The notes beneath the pieces were generated by a model. The model was not told the DNA's origin. It searched no databases and was given only the letters and a program-made list of their open reading frames with translations. A program made the position numbers and the translations under genes. Positions 58,052 through 64,000 of a stretch of DNA of 64,000 nucleotides are shown piece by piece. Origin of the DNA: Octopus sinensis (lineage: Eukaryota); the NCBI RefSeq assembly GCF_006345805.1, contig NC_042999.1, positions 74,400,001 to 74,464,000 of the forward strand, written 5' to 3'. The number at the start of each line of letters is the position of its first letter. Position 1 is the first letter of the stretch.

Positions 58052-59799
58052 TATGAATATTTTTTAATGTACTTCTTTCTTTATAGCCTTCTTGCTGCTT
58101 TGTAACTTTCATGAGGTGTATCCTCTGCTACTGATATCCCATAACCTCTGCCATTCTCTGAACCTCTTCCCCTTGTCATCATCTTATCACCATCTTTCTG
58201 AGTGTCTTGGCGAGTCTCTGTTCATCCATACACACCATCACTAGTTACTAAAAATTATCCTTCAGTGACCTCTAACTATTTTCATGTTCAACGATTTCAC
58301 CCTCAACTGTACTCAGCTTCTCATTTAAAGCCTCTCTCATTCTCACTCCTTTCAGTCTGACACTTTTATCTTTAATTGGTACTTCATCTGCTGAGCTCTC
58401 CTCCTTTTCTTACTCTGATGTCATACAAACTATATGATGCCTCCTCTCCTGGGATTACATTTGTACCTGTATTCTGAAGATTTCACCTGTCTCATTACAT
58501 ATGTGCCTTCAAGTTATCAACAAGTGACATCAACCAAACTGATGTATTAAATATGTGTATTATCTGCTTTCTTAAAGAGAAAATATAACAGATTAATAAC
58601 TCTATCAACACATTCCAAAACTCTTTCATCCATACCATCCCTTACACCATATTTGTAATCCCTATAATCTTTCTCCAAGCCATGCTAATTTTCACATTCA
58701 TTCAAGTCCCTTCCAACTACAATAACTTCCTCATCTTTCATATTTTCTCTCAGTTTCTCTATCAAATACCAAATCCATCCTCTTCAAAACTCTGAGATAA
58801 TGTTCAGCAAGATCTTTCCAATCACCATTATCACCAACATTAGCTTTTCATTTGTTTTTATCAAAGCCACCACACTATCTACAAAATCTACATAAATCTA
58901 GGCACAAAATCCATATACATCATTTGGACAACCTCACTACCTAAATTCGTACTTCTGTCCTTGCCTTTCCCTCTTCACTCTCAAACAACTTCATTTCGAT
59001 CTTTTGACAACATGATACCAACTTTCTTTTGATCAATGTGTCATCCACCTTCTCTGATCTCTCTGTCATCTTTCCTACATCCCATGTCCCAAATTTCAGG
59101 TGTCAATCTTTACAAGGGACCATCATAAAATGAGCTAATTTCTCCCTTGCTTTGACTATGTTCTCCAATTTGAGCTTGAGAAAAGGAAATGAGGATCTGC
59201 ACAGAGTACATTGAATCATGAGCAATCCATATGTAATCACTCATCATGGGGTTCTTTTTGAGGCAGTGTTTTTCAGCTTGTTGCCCTTCCTGATTGTGAC
59301 CCTTTTAACCACCTCTTATGATATGTTGCAATACAGTGTACCTATTCCAAATTGGGATATATGTAATTTATACTTTTGTTGGTAAGGAAAAAAGAAGTTT
59401 CTTTATGATATTTCATTGTAATGAAACATACATAGTACCTATACATTCATAAGATGAAATCATTTTGAGTATTGTCTACTAAATGTGCAAATATTGTGAA
59501 AAAAGATAAGCACAAGGGAATCATGAAAGCACATGTATTAATGAGAGTGAATACTGGATAGAGGTATAGCTGAGTGGGAAAAAATTAATTAATGAGAAGA
59601 AATGCCTGTAGAAGAAGCTAAATATAGACCTGAAAGGAAATAGCTAAATTAGCACCAAAAATCTTGAGTTTCATAGAAAAAATTATGCAATATTGATAAG
59701 CACTGAGAAATAGTTTATGGCAGACATCTCCAGTACATGTTATCATGGAGATATAAATATTGAAATAGCAAATAATTTAAATGTTGAAAGACATTTCAC

Positions 59800-59934
59800 C
59801 TTCATATGTTCCTTCTGAATTATCAATTGATGGTATATCGCCAGACATTCCAGTAGATATCCACCATGCATTTTCTGGGTGACTTTTACAACCACACATA
59901 TTAGTATCTTCAAAATCACATGAAAAGTATATTG
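59800..59934 (-). CDS. Exon encoding the N-terminal part of a MAM domain
   Basis: TTTCAG acceptor and GTGAAA donor, 135 nt, phase 1-1. IYFSCDFEDTNMCGCKSHPENAWWISTGMSGDIPSIDNSEGTYEG matches the MAM CdFE..CG..W..P..D pattern. Confidence 0.88.
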
Positions 59935-60735
59935 CTGAAATTCAGAATAAGTTAAGATCAGTAAAGGAGCAAATAGTGACAATGACAATATTCCTGGTAT
60001 TTCAATGATCTATCAGTAATCTAATGATTGATTATTGAACTTAGTTTCATTAGTATAAAATTTAGCTTGCAATTTTACATTTCATTAGTAATATAGATAA
60101 CAATAGTAGTGATAGAAAGCTTAAACCATTATCCGAATTAAGCTTTTGAATCTGAACATAGAGACACTTTCTGTGAGCATATTTTTGCATGTCAGATCAG
60201 TTGTAATTTGTTTGTAGAAACAAAGTTTATTGTAGTTAGAAAGAAGTTATGAATTTTATTGTGGACTTGAAACCACCCCAGACTCTAAATCTGTAAATAG
60301 ATGTGTTGGCCACAAAGCAAAATTATTTCCCCACATTTCTTTTTTTAATTTAAAGATATATCTGTAACAGATAGGTTATCAACATACTTATAAGTGTGAA
60401 AAATACATATTTTGAAGCAAACTCATATGAAGCAACTGTGTATTCACAAACTGTACTAAGTGATATGACAAGCTAGATAGTGCAACTAATAATGGAGAGA
60501 AAGGGAGAGAGAGAGAGGGGGTGGGGGAAGAAAAGAGAGAAAGAGAATGTGGTTTGGTTGTTTGGTTTCTTAGACATAGCAACAAATTTCTATCAAATCA
60601 CATTTTCATGTCTTAAAGAAAAGAGGTTCACATTAGATAATGTAGTATAAATGAATTATATCTGAACAAAAAATAAAATGAACAGAGTGGTTCCATCTGA
60701 TAATAGATTTGTTTGGTCAGATTTACTTGATAAAA

Positions 60736-61298
60736 AGACCTTGCACCAACTTACTATCACGTTTTATAGGTATTAGACAACTTTTTGCAAGGAAGAAACT
60801 TCAAATCTGCAGCACTCAGACTGATCAAATCTAATCAAACCAGCCAACACATCCCAGCATGGAAAATGGATATTAAAAGATGATGACGATGATGATTTGA
60901 AGATAGTTATTTATTCTTGACACCAGGTAAGTCAATTACAGTGGATGTATACATCAACCAACTGGATGAAATGCAAGGTCTGGTGAATATGGTGGATGAC
61001 AGAGTACTTCCAAGTTCAGTTCTTGTAATTTGAGTAGTGTTCTTCATGCAACATGTGGTCAAGTATGTCTTGCAAGAGAATTGGCCTGTCTCTGTTGACC
61101 AATTTTGGTTCTTTAATTGCAAATTCACTCATCATTTCATCCAGTTGGTTGATGTATACATCCACTGTAATTGACTTACCTGGTGTCAAGAATAAATAAC
61201 TATCTTCAAATCATCATCGTCATCATCTTTTAATATCCATTTTCCATGCTGGGATGTGTTGGCTGGTTTTATTAGATTTGATCAGTCTGAGTGCTGCA
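60736..61298. repeat. Composite templated insertion containing a 166-bp near-perfect inverted repeat
   Basis: Arms 60808-60973 and 61133-61298. 60972-61193 copies 62029-62250; 60736-60809 is the reverse complement of 61965-62038. Confidence 0.93.
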
Positions 61299-61778
61299 CC
61301 ATGTACTAGTGTCTGCTTTGGTATGATTTCTATAGCTGCATGATTCCCCTAATTCCAACTACTTCACAGAGTGTTTTGGGTGCTTTTTTTCCTGATATCA
61401 GCATTAATGAGGTTACCATACATCTCACAAGGCTAAAATCTTTTAATGTACTGAGGCTACTAGAGAAAAAGATAGATTTTATGCAAGAAGATTACTTCTA
61501 ACAGTTTGAATCTCGTTTTAATCTGGTCTTTCTCTCTCTCTGTTGCATCATGGATGAGTTTTTGTCAAAGTTCTTCAACTCAAGATGGCAATACTTTGGC
61601 TAATGACACACATGTATCTATTTAAAAGATACTAACTAATAGCCAAATACTATTTCAGTTATCAAAGATATCTGGTTTAACTAGAACTTTCACAATGAGC
61701 TTCAATACTAGCTGTGATACAAGAAGTTTTAATTTTGGTAGTTCAAAGGGAGCTATCATGGGTGTTAGCAACCATCTA

Positions 61779-62999
61779 TCAGGTCATTAAGAATGAAATG
61801 TCCAATTTTGAACTGAAAGTTTATTTTACTTTATCTCAACAAACTTGCACCTAAATTATCAACACAGTTTTGCCATTTTATTGGTAGCTCTTTTATGCTG
61901 GCAGCAAAGAATTCTGGAGAGCAAGAGGTGATGAAATCATGAAAGGCTGTTTTTGCATTTTCTTCAGATTTGAAGTTTCTTCCTTGTAAAAAGTTGTCTA
62001 ATACCTATAAAACGTGATAGTAAGTTGGTGCAAGGTCTGGTGAATATGGTGGATGACAGAGTACTTCCAAGTTCAGTTCTTGTAATTTGAGTAGTGTTCT
62101 TCATGCAACATGTGGTCAAGTATGTCTTGCAAGAGAATTGGCCTGTCTCTATTGACCAATTTTGGTTCTTTAATTGCAAATTCACTCATCATTTCATCCA
62201 GTTGGTTGATGTATACATCCACTGTAATTGACTTACTTGGTGTCAAGAATCTGTAGTGGATGACACCAGCACTGGACCACCAAATAGACACCATTAGTTT
62301 TTTTTGGTGAATATTCTGCTTCGGATTGTGTTTTGGCATGTCATCTCTATCCAGCTATCATACAGAGCGCTTGCTATTGTTGAAAAGAATCCATTTTTCC
62401 TCACATGTAACAATTTGATATAAGAATGGTTCATGTCTATGCCATGACAGCAAAGAACAAGTTTCTAGATGGTGTGTTTGATGCTCATTCAGTTCATGTG
62501 GTACCCACTTGTCCAGTTTCTTTACCTTGCTGATTTGTTTCAGATGGTCGAATACAGTTGGAATCAAAATATCAAACCTTGCTGCTAACTCACACATAGT
62601 TTGAGATGTATCCGCTTCCACTACAGTTTTCAGCACATCATTATCCACCAGGGCTGATTTTCAAGAGTAAAGTCACCAGACCAGAACTTCTCAAACCATC
62701 AACGTACAGTACATTCATTCACCAGATCTTCACCAAACACCTCACTGATGTTTCAAGCTGTCTTGGATGCATTGGTTCCATAATGGAACTCACATTCATA
62801 AACAACACGAATTTTTTATCTTGCCATGGTTCACAAAAATGAGTTACAAGAGAAAAATCATAATATAATCAGACACTATGAATTGCATTTCGAAGAGTGA
62901 TGATGTAACTTATCACTTTGTAAAACAAAGAATTGTCCAGATAACAACTGTCAAACTTGATGCATAACAAAATTGAGCATTTCATTCTTAATGACCTGA
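61779..62999 (-). mobile_element. Full-length (1221 bp) degenerate mariner with TIRs and TA target-site duplication
   Basis: TA|TCAGGTCATTAAGAATGAAATG..AATTTTG and its inverse ending CTGA|TA; KWVPHEL, VTCEEKWILFNN and LMVSIWWS motifs. Confidence 0.93.
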
Positions 63000-63728
63000 T
63001 ATTTTGTATAACACCAGAGTGACACTAGGAGCCATTATGATCTGTATGGTATACTCTTGACTCTGATGGGTTCTTGGAGGTTTTGTAAATATTTTGAGGG
63101 ATTGGGAGTATCAAGAAAATGATAGACAAAATACTTTATAGTATTGAGTTATATATATTGCTTTACATTCTTAAGTTAACCTTGCCTTTTATTCTTCTGG
63201 GTTCAATAAAATTATCAGTTAAATAGTTAGGTTCATACATTTGTTTATATCCATTAGTCCAAATTTGTGACACTGTGCATATGTGAAAAATAAATATTAA
63301 TGAAAGATTTATGTGTAATGAAGCAAATTATTCATTTTATCTTCTAACTGTAAGTTTTTTCCTGTAATGGGAAACTTGCATGAATTTGCTAAAATATGAA
63401 AGAAAGCTCTTTCAGTGGAGTATAATCATGCGTAATTTCATATATTCACATGTAACTATGCGTAATGACATAGTTATATACATGCACACACGTTCATATG
63501 AGTGCATAATTACTGAAGCAAACAGATCATTTAAACACAATACTTTTGCAAACATCAACGCATACACAAATGCATCCACACAAACATGCACAAGTATACA
63601 CACATACATGTGTAAACACATAGAAAGATATACATACTTATATATAAAAAAAAGCATACTTAAAGCAAATTAAAATACTTTAAAAAATTAATTCTTTTTT
63701 GAACAAAATGACATTAAGTTTTACTTAC

Positions 63729-63839
63729 AACAATTTGCTTCATCACTGCCAGTAATGCAATTTTCGTAATTGTTACACAGATTTTTTTCATTGATACATT
63801 TTGAATTGTCTAAACAGTTATGGCTATACTTTGGACAAT
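63729..63839 (-). CDS. Exon encoding an LDL-receptor class A (LDLa) module; first visible exon of the minus-strand LDLa/MAM/SRCR gene
   Basis: TTACAG acceptor and GTAAGT donor, 111 nt, phase 1-1. Translates as CPKYSHNCLDNSKCINEKNLCNNYENCITGSDEANC, with six Cys and the SDE motif. Not in the ORF track. Confidence 0.9.
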
Positions 63840-63847
63840 CTGTAATT

Positions 63848-63857
63848 GATAATAATA

Positions 63858-63917
<60 letters not shown>

Positions 63918-63918
63918 A

Positions 63919-63983
<65 letters not shown>

Positions 63984-64000
63984 AAAAATAATAATAATAA
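63848..64000. repeat. (AAT)n microsatellite abutting the LDLa exon acceptor
   Basis: Direct inspection; explains the poly-Ile ORF 63770..63991. Confidence 0.95.

Overview
AT-rich, microsatellite- and transposon-dense animal intronic DNA; the SINE and RTE families suggest an octopus (inference). I found ten short minus-strand exons by hand, most of them missed by the ORF track. They encode a secreted or cell-surface mosaic protein: LDLa-MAM-LDLa-SRCR-LDLa-LDLa-SRCR(partial). The first eight splice into one open frame, and one carries an in-frame poly-Tyr microsatellite. Left of a 100-N gap (11952-12051), two MAM exons lie on the plus strand, pointing to either a convergent paralogue or a mis-oriented contig. 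The introns hold Tc1/mariner fossils, RTE, R4-like, CR1/L2-group and Penelope-like retroelements, and tRNA-derived SINEs. The most unusual items are: a near-full-length LINE whose ORF1 appears to fuse a trihelix Myb/SANT domain to CCCH zinc fingers; a multi-step templated insertion forming a 166-bp hairpin; a split-direct-repeat element inside a minisatellite; a minimal hammerhead ribozyme remnant; and an inverted 322-bp repeat next to a splice acceptor. All calls are by eye; no searches were run.
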